Assembly: GCA_016839515.1 (NCBI GenBank)
Contig: JAEOUE010000247.1
Coordinates: 1 to 16,416 of the forward strand
Length of the DNA: 16,416 nucleotides
Source of the DNA: Candidatus Hodarchaeum mangrovi
GTDB taxonomy: Archaea; Asgardarchaeota; Heimdallarchaeia; Hodarchaeales; Hodarchaeaceae
Direction: 5' to 3'
Shown here: positions 7,513 through 16,416 of the stretch, piece after piece
How positions within the stretch are numbered: position 1 is the stretch's first letter
Layout: each line of letters starts with the position of its first letter
The notes under the pieces: model-generated
What the model was told of the DNA's origin: nothing
Seen by the model: only the letters and a program-made list of their open reading frames with translations
Database searches by the model: none
Position numbers and translations under genes: made by a program

Positions 7513-8313
7513 TTAAGCTTTAACAATTTTCCTAAGTAATTTTTCAGCTACAGGTATGAAATATACAAAAGGTTCATTTATTCCCGTATCTTCTTGAACT
7601 CGAATTACGGGATCTAGGGGAATCTGCCCCAATAAATCCGTCTGAAATTCCTTTGCTAAAGCCATTCCTCCTCCTTCACCAAATATATGATGAGTAGTAC
7701 CACATGAAGGACATTTAAATGCGGACATATTTTCTACAATTCCAAGTACATTTTGATTCATTTTTCGTGACATTACAAGAGATTTTCCAGTATCTAATAA
7801 AGAAACTTCTTGTGGAGTTGTCACAATAACCACACCATCCATATTAGGTATTAATTGCATAATGGATATAGCTTCATCCCCAGTTCCAGGGGGCATGTCA
7901 AAAATTAGCATCTCTAACTCACCCCATTCAAAATCTGTCAAGAATTGTCTTAAAATTTTTATTTTCATTGGTCCACGCCATATTACTGGAGTAGATTTAG
8001 AACTTAAGAAAAAAGCTGTAGAAATAACTTTTAATCCAAGTGGGCCTTCAACAGGGAAAATTTTTCCTCCCTCTTCTTCTACCTCTACTCGCTTTCCTTC
8101 TAATCCCAGAATTTTAGGAATATTTGGTCCTGATATGTCTAAATCAACAATCCCTGTTTTATTTGGAAATTGTTTTGCAAATACTAAAGCAAGATTAGCT
8201 GCAACAGTGGATTTTCCTACCCCACCTTTTCCTGAAAGTATAACAATTTTATGCTTGATTCTCTCTAAATACTTTTGAAAATTCTGATCTTTTAATTGTA
8301 TTGGTTTCTGCAT
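7513..8313 (-). CDS. mrp: Mrp/NBP35 (ApbC) Fe-S cluster carrier ATPase
   Basis: SGKGGVGKST, DLDISGP, VIWRGP, DMPPGTGD, VTTPQ and ENMSAFKCPSC motifs. Start placed at ATG 8313 (after a purine-rich GAGAAGGA) rather than the tracked 8358. Confidence 0.95.
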   Translation of the reverse strand: MQKPIQLKDQNFQKYLERIKHKIVILSGKGGVGKSTVAANLALVFAKQFPNKTGIVDLDISGPNIPKILGLEGKRVEVEEEGGKIFPVEGPLGLKVISTAFFLSSKSTPVIWRGPMKIKILRQFLTDFEWGELEMLIFDMPPGTGDEAISIMQLIPNMDGVVIVTTPQEVSLLDTGKSLVMSRKMNQNVLGIVENMSAFKCPSCGTTHHIFGEGGGMALAKEFQTDLLGQIPLDPVIRVQEDTGINEPFVYFIPVAEKLLRKIVKA

Positions 8314-9088
8314 CAAATATCCTTCTCTTAACTCGTGTATAGAATATCCAAACATCATTAACTAGTTATAACAAGTATAAACAGATTGATTTAAAAGAAT
8401 TTTAGGTTCTTTTATTCTTTTAGGTATAGTATAGGATCACAAATAATTTTTTTTTTCTTACTTTCTGACTTAGGCGAATATATAATTTACTTATATCATT
8501 TTTAAACTCAATAGGAAGCAATTAACATTTTTTATAATACCATCCTCCTTGATTCAGTTACTCTAGGGGTATCTTATAATTAGAGAAAGTTAACAAAGGA
8601 TAAGAATGGATACTTGATTCTTATTAAATCAGAAAGGAAGTCTAGTGTTCTATTATCCCAATTTATTAACTATAGCGTTTCAGAAAATTGTATTTTTTTA
8701 AATCCAAGGATACATGGATGGAATGTATATTTTTAGTATATTATTCATTTGGAGCTAAAAAATAAAATACTTGGATACATTTCTATGTATTATTTCACCT
8801 TTTATCTAATTTCCAATGATAAGTGTTTAGCATAATCTTACAAGAATTAAAAGGGCTAATAAGAAAATTCCTTTCTCGATGCTGAAATGTCTTAATTCAT
8901 ATAAAAATCAATTTCCAGAAATTTTTGTCGGGAAAATGACATCAAGTTCTCAAATTGGTCAAAAACTTCAAGATGACATCCAAATAAGGAAATTGTCATA
9001 GTTCTATTACTTGCTTATATATCAACATGAATTCATTATAACTTAATCAAGACACAAGCTGTCAGCTTTCCGAAGGATTGAAGAAGAA

Positions 9089-9364
9089 ATGCGTTTAACT
9101 CAGCAATTTGGAATGAAAAAATCATTAGATCACTTATTTCAGCTCCTATATATGTCAACTAATCTTTTTTCTAATTTTGAATCACAAGAGGGATTGCATG
9201 TTCTTCATCTCAAGTTTAATAATTCACAGAATTATACAGAAGCCGAAGTTAGACAGCTTCTGTCTTATTTTCTGGACTTAGTAGAATACTTTACACATGA
9301 AAGAATTCTTCTAATTCAGGACCCAACTGATAAAACAAGATTTGCTTTAAGTGGAGGATTTTAA
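9089..9364 (+). CDS. Hypothetical protein, possibly the 3' part of a longer decayed gene
   Basis: 91-aa ORF abutting the next gene, with no recognisable motif. The frame extends back to ATG 8936 through two stops. Confidence 0.5.
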   Translation: MRLTQQFGMKKSLDHLFQLLYMSTNLFSNFESQEGLHVLHLKFNNSQNYTEAEVRQLLSYFLDLVEYFTHERILLIQDPTDKTRFALSGGF

Positions 9365-9365
9365 T

Positions 9366-9815
9366 GTGTATTCAGAAAAATCCTATATAGATAAAGCCAA
9401 TTCTGCTGAAAGAAAGCTTATAGCTTGGAAAGAATCAGAAAACATTACAGTAGCTCAGCAGGAAATTAAAAAGATACCTATGAGAACTTCAAGAGATGAA
9501 GAAGTAGCAAATAGAGCTTTATTGCTTCTTTCATTTAAAGATACTTCGATTCAAAATTTAAAGCATGTTTTCAATGTATTAGGCATAAAAACGGTTGAAG
9601 AAAAAAGAAAAATTTTGAAAGTGATATTTCATTTCATACGAGAAGGTTTAATTTATATCCCAAAGGGTTTACCAAATCTAATAGACAAGGGAGTCCTGAT
9701 AGATTTAAATAATCCTGCAGAAGAGAGTATTGAGATACATCTACTAAGACCTTTTGACGAATTGATAAAGGAAATCCAAGAGGAAATTACCAGTTTATAT
9801 GTTGGTGAGAAATAA
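9366..9815 (+). CDS. Hypothetical protein, possible winged-helix fold
   Basis: GGAGG at 9353-9357 lies 8 nt before the in-frame GTG 9366 (the track start is 9351). LLLLS...SIQNL...ILKVIFHFIREGLIYI resembles a wHTH pattern. Confidence 0.65.
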   Translation: MYSEKSYIDKANSAERKLIAWKESENITVAQQEIKKIPMRTSRDEEVANRALLLLSFKDTSIQNLKHVFNVLGIKTVEEKRKILKVIFHFIREGLIYIPKGLPNLIDKGVLIDLNNPAEESIEIHLLRPFDELIKEIQEEITSLYVGEK

Positions 9816-9827
9816 ATTAATTGAAGA

Positions 9828-10307
9828 TTGTCTGAAATCTATCAATTTGGTGGATGTCGAATGATAATGTATAATGGTTCAATTAAAAAGGTAAATTCTG
9901 AAAAACAAATAGATGAACTTGAACTAGTAAAAATAAAATCTTATTTAAATGAAGCTTTTCCAATTTCTGAGTATAATTTGACAATAATATGGCATGAACT
10001 GAAACAAATGAGAGCTGAACTTGAAATCTCACAAAAAATTCCTATTTCTGACCTTATTGACTATTATTTTAAACTCATTACGGTTAAACAAGCATTTAAT
10101 AACCAAATAAGTAATTTTGTACAGCTTAATCAATTATATATTGAATTAATTACAATTCGAGAAATGTTAGATCTTTCAGAATCTGTAAGAATTTCAGAGA
10201 TAATCGACTTTATTCAGAATGAGGACCTTACCAAACTAGGGATAGGGAAAAATTCTTTGTTAGAAAAACTATTGAAACTTACATTCTTGAATCTCTCATG
10301 GTATTGA
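9828..10307 (+). CDS. Hypothetical protein
   Basis: 159-aa ORF starting 12 nt after the previous stop. Helical composition. An alternative start is ATG 9861, after GGTGGA. Confidence 0.65.
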   Translation: MSEIYQFGGCRMIMYNGSIKKVNSEKQIDELELVKIKSYLNEAFPISEYNLTIIWHELKQMRAELEISQKIPISDLIDYYFKLITVKQAFNNQISNFVQLNQLYIELITIREMLDLSESVRISEIIDFIQNEDLTKLGIGKNSLLEKLLKLTFLNLSWY

Positions 10308-10434
10308 ATTTTCCTCATTCTTGAATTGCGTTCATATTAAAAAGTGTTATTTTTTCATTAAGAAATGTTTTTGATAGGTACTAGATCTTTTTACATATGC
10401 TCATTCTAGAAAAACAGAACATGAGGTTTTTGAA

Positions 10435-11862
10435 TTGGTTTTTCCTATAAATATTGAATCTCCGAATGATTGGTTAGAACAGATTCCCTCCTTTTTATCC
10501 TCTCTACAACCAGATTCTATTTATCTCGATTCTTTTGAATTCCAATCATATTTAGCTAATAAATTAAACAATTTCTATTCCCAATACCCCTTAAAATTTA
10601 ATAGTATAATTAAAGAAATTTTAAAAACAAGTACAGAACTAGCAAAATATCTTTTAATCAAGATATTATTATTAACTCCAGATTTATGGAAAAATTTCAA
10701 ACTTGATGATGAATTTCAACCAATATTGACAGAGCTTGCTCTTACTCCAGATAAAATTTATGCGAAAAATGCTGCAACATTATCCAAAAATATTATAGAG
10801 ACTGTGGAAAGTCAAAGATTCAAAGCTGAAAAAGTAAGTGAGGATGCGGGAACATTTGATGAAATTGAAGATAAGGAAATCAGCTTTGGAGAAGAAGAAG
10901 AAGAAGCTTTTGATGACCTTTCACTCTCAAAAATTATTCATGAATCTGAAGCAGAAACTTTTAAGAGAGAAAAAGCTTCTAAATCAGCCCCAGTACTTAA
11001 GGAAGCTCAGCCTCCTAAACCTAGCCCAGCATTTGGTGCTCCTAGTCGAAAAACAAGCCCAACTTCACCACCAGTCCCTTCCATGGAGAGAATGGAATCA
11101 ATATCTAAAAAAGAGAGCATAAAACCTGATACTATTTCATCTAAAATGTCTAAAGGGCAAACAATTCATACTCATGTTCACTATTACTCACGGATGAATC
11201 CACGTAAAACTTATCCATTTACTGTTACTTTATCAACTCTAGCTATAAAATTAAAAAGAGATAAGATTCATATATTGACTGGTGAAGAAGAATCCGAGAC
11301 CAGAGGTGATTTTGAATTATATGATATAAAAAGCGATCTTATAATTGAACCTTTACTCTCTGGATGCCTTGTTCAACCAACTTTTCAATTTTTTAGTCCA
11401 AAACCAGAAAATTTTCCAAGTGAATTAACCTTCTATATCACACCTTTAGTTGAAGCAGGATTTCGATCTACACAATTAGAAGGAGTATTGTACATCAAAG
11501 ACGAGAAAAGTAATATTCTATTAAAGTTAGAATTAGAAGAAACACGAGTAGTTAGTAATCGATTAAGTCAATTAGTAGCAATTTTCGGAGTTCTAAGTGG
11601 TGGAGCAATGCCTTTTCTTGATACTTTTATTTTTGGAGGAGATCTTCAAGCTCAAGTCATAACACAACTCTCAGAGAATGCTCAAAATTTAGCTCCAGCA
11701 ATTACAGGTTCTTTTACAAATGTTGATTGGTGGAATTTACTCACTAGTTTTCAAATCATACTTGTTGGTGGTACCTTACTTGGAGCCTTAATATATTGGT
11801 GGAAACGTTCTAGAGCTAGGATAGGTCCTATTGCGACTTCACAACTACAATTAAATCCTTAG
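10435..11862 (+). CDS. Hypothetical C-terminally membrane-anchored protein with acidic and Pro/Ser-rich linker
   Basis: GAGGT RBS before TTG. Helical N-domain, EEEEE tract, PPKPSP/SPTSPPVP region, beta-rich domain, then two hydrophobic segments ending in WWKRSR. Confidence 0.8.
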   Translation: MVFPINIESPNDWLEQIPSFLSSLQPDSIYLDSFEFQSYLANKLNNFYSQYPLKFNSIIKEILKTSTELAKYLLIKILLLTPDLWKNFKLDDEFQPILTELALTPDKIYAKNAATLSKNIIETVESQRFKAEKVSEDAGTFDEIEDKEISFGEEEEEAFDDLSLSKIIHESEAETFKREKASKSAPVLKEAQPPKPSPAFGAPSRKTSPTSPPVPSMERMESISKKESIKPDTISSKMSKGQTIHTHVHYYSRMNPRKTYPFTVTLSTLAIKLKRDKIHILTGEEESETRGDFELYDIKSDLIIEPLLSGCLVQPTFQFFSPKPENFPSELTFYITPLVEAGFRSTQLEGVLYIKDEKSNILLKLELEETRVVSNRLSQLVAIFGVLSGGAMPFLDTFIFGGDLQAQVITQLSENAQNLAPAITGSFTNVDWWNLLTSFQIILVGGTLLGALIYWWKRSRARIGPIATSQLQLNP

Positions 11863-11909
11863 TTTCGAATTGATGTTAAAAATAACTGCTTTATCTCTGA
11901 TTTCAGTTT

Positions 11910-13166
11910 TTGGATATGAAAAACATGAAGAGGCCAATTATTCTCTCATTTCCAAATCTCCGAACTTGTACCGTGGGCATTGTGACAAATAGAGGAGCTA
12001 CCCAAGACCAAATTCCAGGAGCGACACAAATCTTACTCCAAACCATGACTCGTGAAACTTATAACTATTCAGAACAACAAATTGCTCGAAAAATAGATGG
12101 TAAAGGTGGAAGTCTATTTACATTAGTTGAAAAAGATTTTGCGGTTATAGGGGCACAGACTCACCCTAAATATGCAGAGGAAACCTTAGATTTATTATTT
12201 GATATGACTGAAAATCCCAGTCTTAATCCTAAACACATTGAAATTGAGACTCAAAACCTAATTCAAGTGTACCAAAGAATTATGGCAAATGCGCTTCAAC
12301 GACTTATCTTTTTTGAAGCTGATAAAGCTGTTTTTGGAGAAGGGAACCCCTATAGTCAATCTCTTATTGGGAATTTAAAATCACTAAAATCGATTTCATC
12401 TGAAAATCTCCATCAAATACTGCCTGATTTTTTAATAGAACCGTGGGGTTTTGCCATTGGTTATTTACCAAAAGATATTAGAAAAAAACTAGATGAAAAA
12501 ATCCTATCACGATTAATTGAAGATAAATCTAAACTAACTACCAAAAAAAATAATACTTCAGGTCAAATGGTACACAAACGATTAATCACCTCATCAACAA
12601 AAGAAGATGAGAATGCTTATATATGCCTTAATATCGCGATTGACATGCAAACATCAAGATTAGGGTGTGTTCGATTTTCAAGTGGAATATTAGGTGAATC
12701 TTATGGATCAAGAATGTTCACAGTTCTTCGTGATAAAAAATCATTCGGATATTTAACTGGTTCTGTCATAAAACTGTTAGCAAATAAAATTATTCTTCGA
12801 TGTTTTATGGAAACTAAACCAGTTCGAGCTACAGAGGCAATAGAATCCTTAACGGATTTGATATATGATCTAGTTAAAAAAGAAATATCAATTACTGAAT
12901 ACGAAACCACTAAAAATTATCTTTTAGGAATGCAGGATCTTTCTCTAGATGATTCTCGCATAATCACCTCAAGAATTATTAATCGTAAAGTTCACGGATT
13001 ATCTCCCAATATAAAAGATAGTTATAAGGAAATTGAACAAGTAACACCAAAAAAACTGCATAAACTCTGGCAATCAATATTTAAACCTGAAAATATAAGC
13101 CTAGCGATTTCAGGAGATATAGATCCTAAGGAGATCGAAAACCATTGGCAAAATCAACTGAAATAG
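11910..13166 (+). CDS. M16 family peptidase, non-catalytic subunit
   Basis: M16 layout with PGATQILLQTM in place of HxxEH. Retains SRMFTVLRDKKSFGY, the C-domain R/Y pair. The start may be ATG 11916 or 11925. Confidence 0.85.
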   Translation: MDMKNMKRPIILSFPNLRTCTVGIVTNRGATQDQIPGATQILLQTMTRETYNYSEQQIARKIDGKGGSLFTLVEKDFAVIGAQTHPKYAEETLDLLFDMTENPSLNPKHIEIETQNLIQVYQRIMANALQRLIFFEADKAVFGEGNPYSQSLIGNLKSLKSISSENLHQILPDFLIEPWGFAIGYLPKDIRKKLDEKILSRLIEDKSKLTTKKNNTSGQMVHKRLITSSTKEDENAYICLNIAIDMQTSRLGCVRFSSGILGESYGSRMFTVLRDKKSFGYLTGSVIKLLANKIILRCFMETKPVRATEAIESLTDLIYDLVKKEISITEYETTKNYLLGMQDLSLDDSRIITSRIINRKVHGLSPNIKDSYKEIEQVTPKKLHKLWQSIFKPENISLAISGDIDPKEIENHWQNQLK

Positions 13167-14476
13167 TAAATATTGCTAATAAAATTAAGGTTTTTCGTTT
13201 AGAGAATAATTTACAAGTCCAACTTGTTACAATTCCAGGAGGTAAAACGACTCTTTTTTCAGTGGGATTCTATGCAGGGGCTATGTACGAAAATGGGTTT
13301 GGAAAAGGATCAAATGACGGAGTAAGTCACTTTACAGAACATATGTTTTTCAAAGGTACTCCCTTACGAGATGCAAACCAAATAAATCAAGAATTTTCCC
13401 AATTAGGGGCTGATCTTAATGCTTTCACAAGTTATGATCATACTATCTATTATGCCAAAGTTCCAACACGAAATTTAAGAAAGGCAGCTGAAATTTGGAA
13501 TGATCTTCTACTAAATAAAGAGTTAAATCCTAAAGAGTTTGAAGCTGAAAAGCAAATTATTTTGCAGGAAATCCAAATATACAAGGATATGCCAGAATTC
13601 AATGCACACTCAAATGCTCGAGCTCATCACTTCGCTGGAACACCTTTAGAGCATAATATTTTAGGATCAATAGATTCTATTACTTCAATGTCTTTAGGTA
13701 CATTAGAAAAATATATCAAAAAACATTATTCCCTCCATAATGCTATTATTACTATTGTAGGTGGTGGATTCAATCTAGAAGCAGAAACTGACTTTATTGA
13801 CAAATTATTTAATGAAAATGGAAAAAAAACTAATCAAAAACCGATTTATCCCCCCCAAATTAACGTACCAAAACGTAAAACTAATCTCAATTACTTTAAA
13901 GAGGAGTTAAGCAAACCTTTATCATATTTAGCAATATGTTGGAATTCACCAGGAATTAAATCAGAACTATTTTTCCCATCCCTCCTAATTAATACTTATC
14001 TTGGAAACTCTCGTACCTCTATTATTTATCGTAAAATAATCAGTAGAGGGATTTCAAGTCTGTGTAGATATGGTTTTGAACCATTTTATGATGTGTCAGC
14101 AAGTTCAATATTGTTTATTTCTCCCCCAGAAAAATTAAATAAAGTATACCATGAAATTCTAAGGCTTTTAATAGATTTATATTCATTTGAATTCACTGAT
14201 ACGATAATTACTGATTTAAAACAGGAAATATGGGGATCGTACTTAGCTGAAATTGAAGATCCTGCAAATTATGGATTAGATCTAGCTCAAAAGTTCATCA
14301 AGTTCCGTTACCCTTTACTACCCTCTGATTATGAAAAAAATTTGGATATTCCTTTGGAAATCGTCCAAAAAACTAAAGATGAAATTTTTGGGGATAAAAT
14401 TTCTCTTACCGTTTATGGTACAGGAAAATTACCATCAGATTGGACACCTGATTTTCCACAAAACTCTCCGTGGTAG
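13145..14476 (+). CDS. M16 family zinc peptidase, catalytic subunit
   Basis: GVSHFTEHMFFKGT (HxxEH), LNAFTS and EKQIILQE (third zinc ligand). Overlaps the previous gene by 22 nt. Confidence 0.93.
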   Translation: MAKSTEIVNIANKIKVFRLENNLQVQLVTIPGGKTTLFSVGFYAGAMYENGFGKGSNDGVSHFTEHMFFKGTPLRDANQINQEFSQLGADLNAFTSYDHTIYYAKVPTRNLRKAAEIWNDLLLNKELNPKEFEAEKQIILQEIQIYKDMPEFNAHSNARAHHFAGTPLEHNILGSIDSITSMSLGTLEKYIKKHYSLHNAIITIVGGGFNLEAETDFIDKLFNENGKKTNQKPIYPPQINVPKRKTNLNYFKEELSKPLSYLAICWNSPGIKSELFFPSLLINTYLGNSRTSIIYRKIISRGISSLCRYGFEPFYDVSASSILFISPPEKLNKVYHEILRLLIDLYSFEFTDTIITDLKQEIWGSYLAEIEDPANYGLDLAQKFIKFRYPLLPSDYEKNLDIPLEIVQKTKDEIFGDKISLTVYGTGKLPSDWTPDFPQNSPW

Positions 14477-14539
14477 TTTATAGAAAGATTAAGATATTGA
14501 GATTCAGGTTAATCATAATCAATAAGATGAGGAATATTC

Positions 14540-16180
14540 ATGGATAAGTATATGTGGTGGCAAAAAGCTGTTTTTTATCAAATATATCCACGAAGTTTTA
14601 AAGATTCTACTAATAATGGAATAGGGGATTTAAAAGGGATCATTAGTAAATTAGATTATTTAAAAGAATTAGGTATAGATGCAATTTGGTATTCTCCCTT
14701 TTTTATGTCTCCTCAAGAAGATTTTGGATATGATATTACAGCATATGATAAAATTGCCCCTGAATATGGAACGATGGATGATTTCAAATTGTTATTGGAA
14801 AAAAGTCATGCTTTAGGTATAAAAATGATCCTAGATTTAGTATTGAACCATACCAGTGACAAACATCCATGGTTTTTAGAATCTAAGAAAGATCAATCCA
14901 ATCCAAAAGCAGATTGGTATGTATGGAAGGATGGGAAAAAAAAGAACGGAAAAAAACCACCAAATAATTGGAAATCTATTATTGGAGGCTCAATGTGGAA
15001 ATGGAACGAAAAACGGGGTCAATTTTATCTTCATCAGTTCCTACCTTGTCAACCTGATCTTAATTGGCGTAATGAAGAAGTTAAACAACAAATGTTTGAT
15101 TATATTGAATATTGGCTTAACAAAGGAGTGGATGGATTTAGATTAGATATTATCCATACTCTTTTTGAAGATAATAAATTTCGAGATAACCCCAAAAGTT
15201 GGAGATTATTTCCTTCAGAAAGTAGCTCTGCATCCCTCTTCCAGAATCCAAGATATACCCAATTTCTTCCTGAAACAATAGAAATATGTAAATCTATTCG
15301 AAAAATTGTTAATAATTATTCTCCCCCTCGAATGTTGGTTGGAGAAGCAACAAGGGAACCAAAAGCAATACGATCACTTTATGGAGCACACAATGATGGT
15401 TTAAACCTTGTTTTCAATTTTTCTCTCTGTAATACAGATTTTAATCCGAAAAAAATAACTAAAATCATTCAAGAATCCGAATCATTGCTCCCTGAGCCCT
15501 ATTGGCCATGTTTTTGTTTATCAAACCATGATAACAAGCGAATGATTTCCAAATTAGGTAATAATGAAGAGAAAATGCGATTATTTACCCTACTTTTACT
15601 TTCTATTAGAGGAACTCCATTTATTTATTATGGAGAGGAGGTAGGAATGCATCAAGTTAAAATTCCTAAAAGTCAATGGTCTGATCCTATAGCATTCTTA
15701 AAATTCTTCAAATTACCAATTGGACGTTTTTTCAACCGAGATGGTTGTAGAACTCCGATGCAATGGAAACCAGTAGAAAATAATGCCGGCTTTTCTCCTA
15801 ATTCTTCTATAAAACCTTGGCTTCCTGTTCCACCAAGTTTAATGACTCAAAATGTCGAAACACAATTGAACAATAAAGATTCATTACTCAAATTTTATCA
15901 TGATCTGCTAAAATTTCGAAAAAACTCCCTTGCTCTTCAAATCGGTACATTTTCTTTATTATCAACAGCTAATGAAAAAATCTTGACATATAAAAGGACT
16001 TTTGGAGATGAAAAATTAATTATTATTCTTAATTTTTCAAATAAAGTAGTTGAGATTGTAAATCCAACTATAGATGGCTTTAAAGCATTTTCAACCAAGA
16101 GTATTATTGATCACAATAATTTCGTATCAAATATAATCTTAGACAAATTTGAGGGAATAATTCTAGATATTAGGTCATAA
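14540..16180 (+). CDS. GH13 alpha-glucosidase / oligo-1,6-glucosidase family
   Basis: YQIYPRSF, DLVLNHTSDKHPWF, PPNNW, QPDLNW, catalytic GFRLD / VGE / NHD, and RDGCRTPMQW motifs. Confidence 0.95.
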   Translation: MDKYMWWQKAVFYQIYPRSFKDSTNNGIGDLKGIISKLDYLKELGIDAIWYSPFFMSPQEDFGYDITAYDKIAPEYGTMDDFKLLLEKSHALGIKMILDLVLNHTSDKHPWFLESKKDQSNPKADWYVWKDGKKKNGKKPPNNWKSIIGGSMWKWNEKRGQFYLHQFLPCQPDLNWRNEEVKQQMFDYIEYWLNKGVDGFRLDIIHTLFEDNKFRDNPKSWRLFPSESSSASLFQNPRYTQFLPETIEICKSIRKIVNNYSPPRMLVGEATREPKAIRSLYGAHNDGLNLVFNFSLCNTDFNPKKITKIIQESESLLPEPYWPCFCLSNHDNKRMISKLGNNEEKMRLFTLLLLSIRGTPFIYYGEEVGMHQVKIPKSQWSDPIAFLKFFKLPIGRFFNRDGCRTPMQWKPVENNAGFSPNSSIKPWLPVPPSLMTQNVETQLNNKDSLLKFYHDLLKFRKNSLALQIGTFSLLSTANEKILTYKRTFGDEKLIIILNFSNKVVEIVNPTIDGFKAFSTKSIIDHNNFVSNIILDKFEGIILDIRS

Positions 16181-16206
16181 TTTTACAATCTTAGAAAGGG
16201 GTTTAG

Positions 16207-16416
16207 TTACACTCTCTTCCTCGATTTTATATATTCTTCTGCTTCTCCAATAATGTCACGAGTAACGACTACTACTTTATCAGCTAGGTGATGATAGGTT
16301 GTAGGGATTACCTCAATCATTGGGTTTTCAACAATCCGATCATAATTTCGTCTTATTTGATCTCGTTCACCTTCAATAAAACCTTGGAATGATTCAATTG
16401 TTTTAATAATATCAGA
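16207..16416 (-). CDS. C-terminal 69 aa of an unknown protein running off the window
   Basis: Open frame SDIIKTIESFQGFIEGERDQIRRNYDRIVENPMIEVIPTTYHHLADKVVVVTRDIIGEAEEYIKSRKRV*, with the stop at 16207-16209. Confidence 0.75.
   Translation of the reverse strand, partial: SDIIKTIESFQGFIEGERDQIRRNYDRIVENPMIEVIPTTYHHLADKVVVVTRDIIGEAEEYIKSRKRV

Noticed and set aside
7862-8278. 138-aa + strand ORF
   Set aside because: Antisense shadow of mrp.
8532-8550. AAGGAGG plus ATG on the minus strand
   Set aside because: No spacing between the motif and the ATG, and the frame stops after three codons.
10838-11122. 94-aa Lys/Leu-rich ORF
   Set aside because: Alternate frame of the Glu-rich linker (GAA runs read as AAG).
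12701-15146. ORFs 12701-12910(-) and 14919-15146(+)
   Set aside because: Nested within well-supported genes.
1-16416. Genome-wide TAG recoding suggested by TAGs at 1387 and 8999
   Set aside because: TAG appears to end genes normally at 6310, 11862, 13166 and 14476, and the conserved genes have no internal TAG.

Overview
AT-rich (roughly 30% GC by eye) prokaryotic window. It is most likely archaeal, given GGAGGT/GGTGA ribosome-binding sites, TTG/GTG starts and oligo-T terminators. An Asgard-type origin is only a guess from protein style. Recognisable genes are a 5'-truncated hexapeptide-repeat acyltransferase, msrA, an orphan M.NspV-like N6-adenine methyltransferase, a DUF362 protein, tag, a thioredoxin-like/VKOR fusion, an Mrp/NBP35 ATPase, an M16 peptidase pair and a GH13 alpha-glucosidase, plus several hypothetical ORFs. 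The supplied ORF track misses three things. (1) A TPR gene remnant at 1366-1653. (2) A partial reverse-strand ORF at the 3' edge. (3) Most interesting, a compact unit at about 5930-6350 with two tiny, oppositely charged ORFs: a 22-aa Lys-rich peptide and a 37-aa Asp/Glu peptide with three acidic-Trp motifs. Each has its own RBS, RNA hairpins lie between them, and an oligo-T tract follows. No rRNA, tRNA, CRISPR array or transposase was seen.
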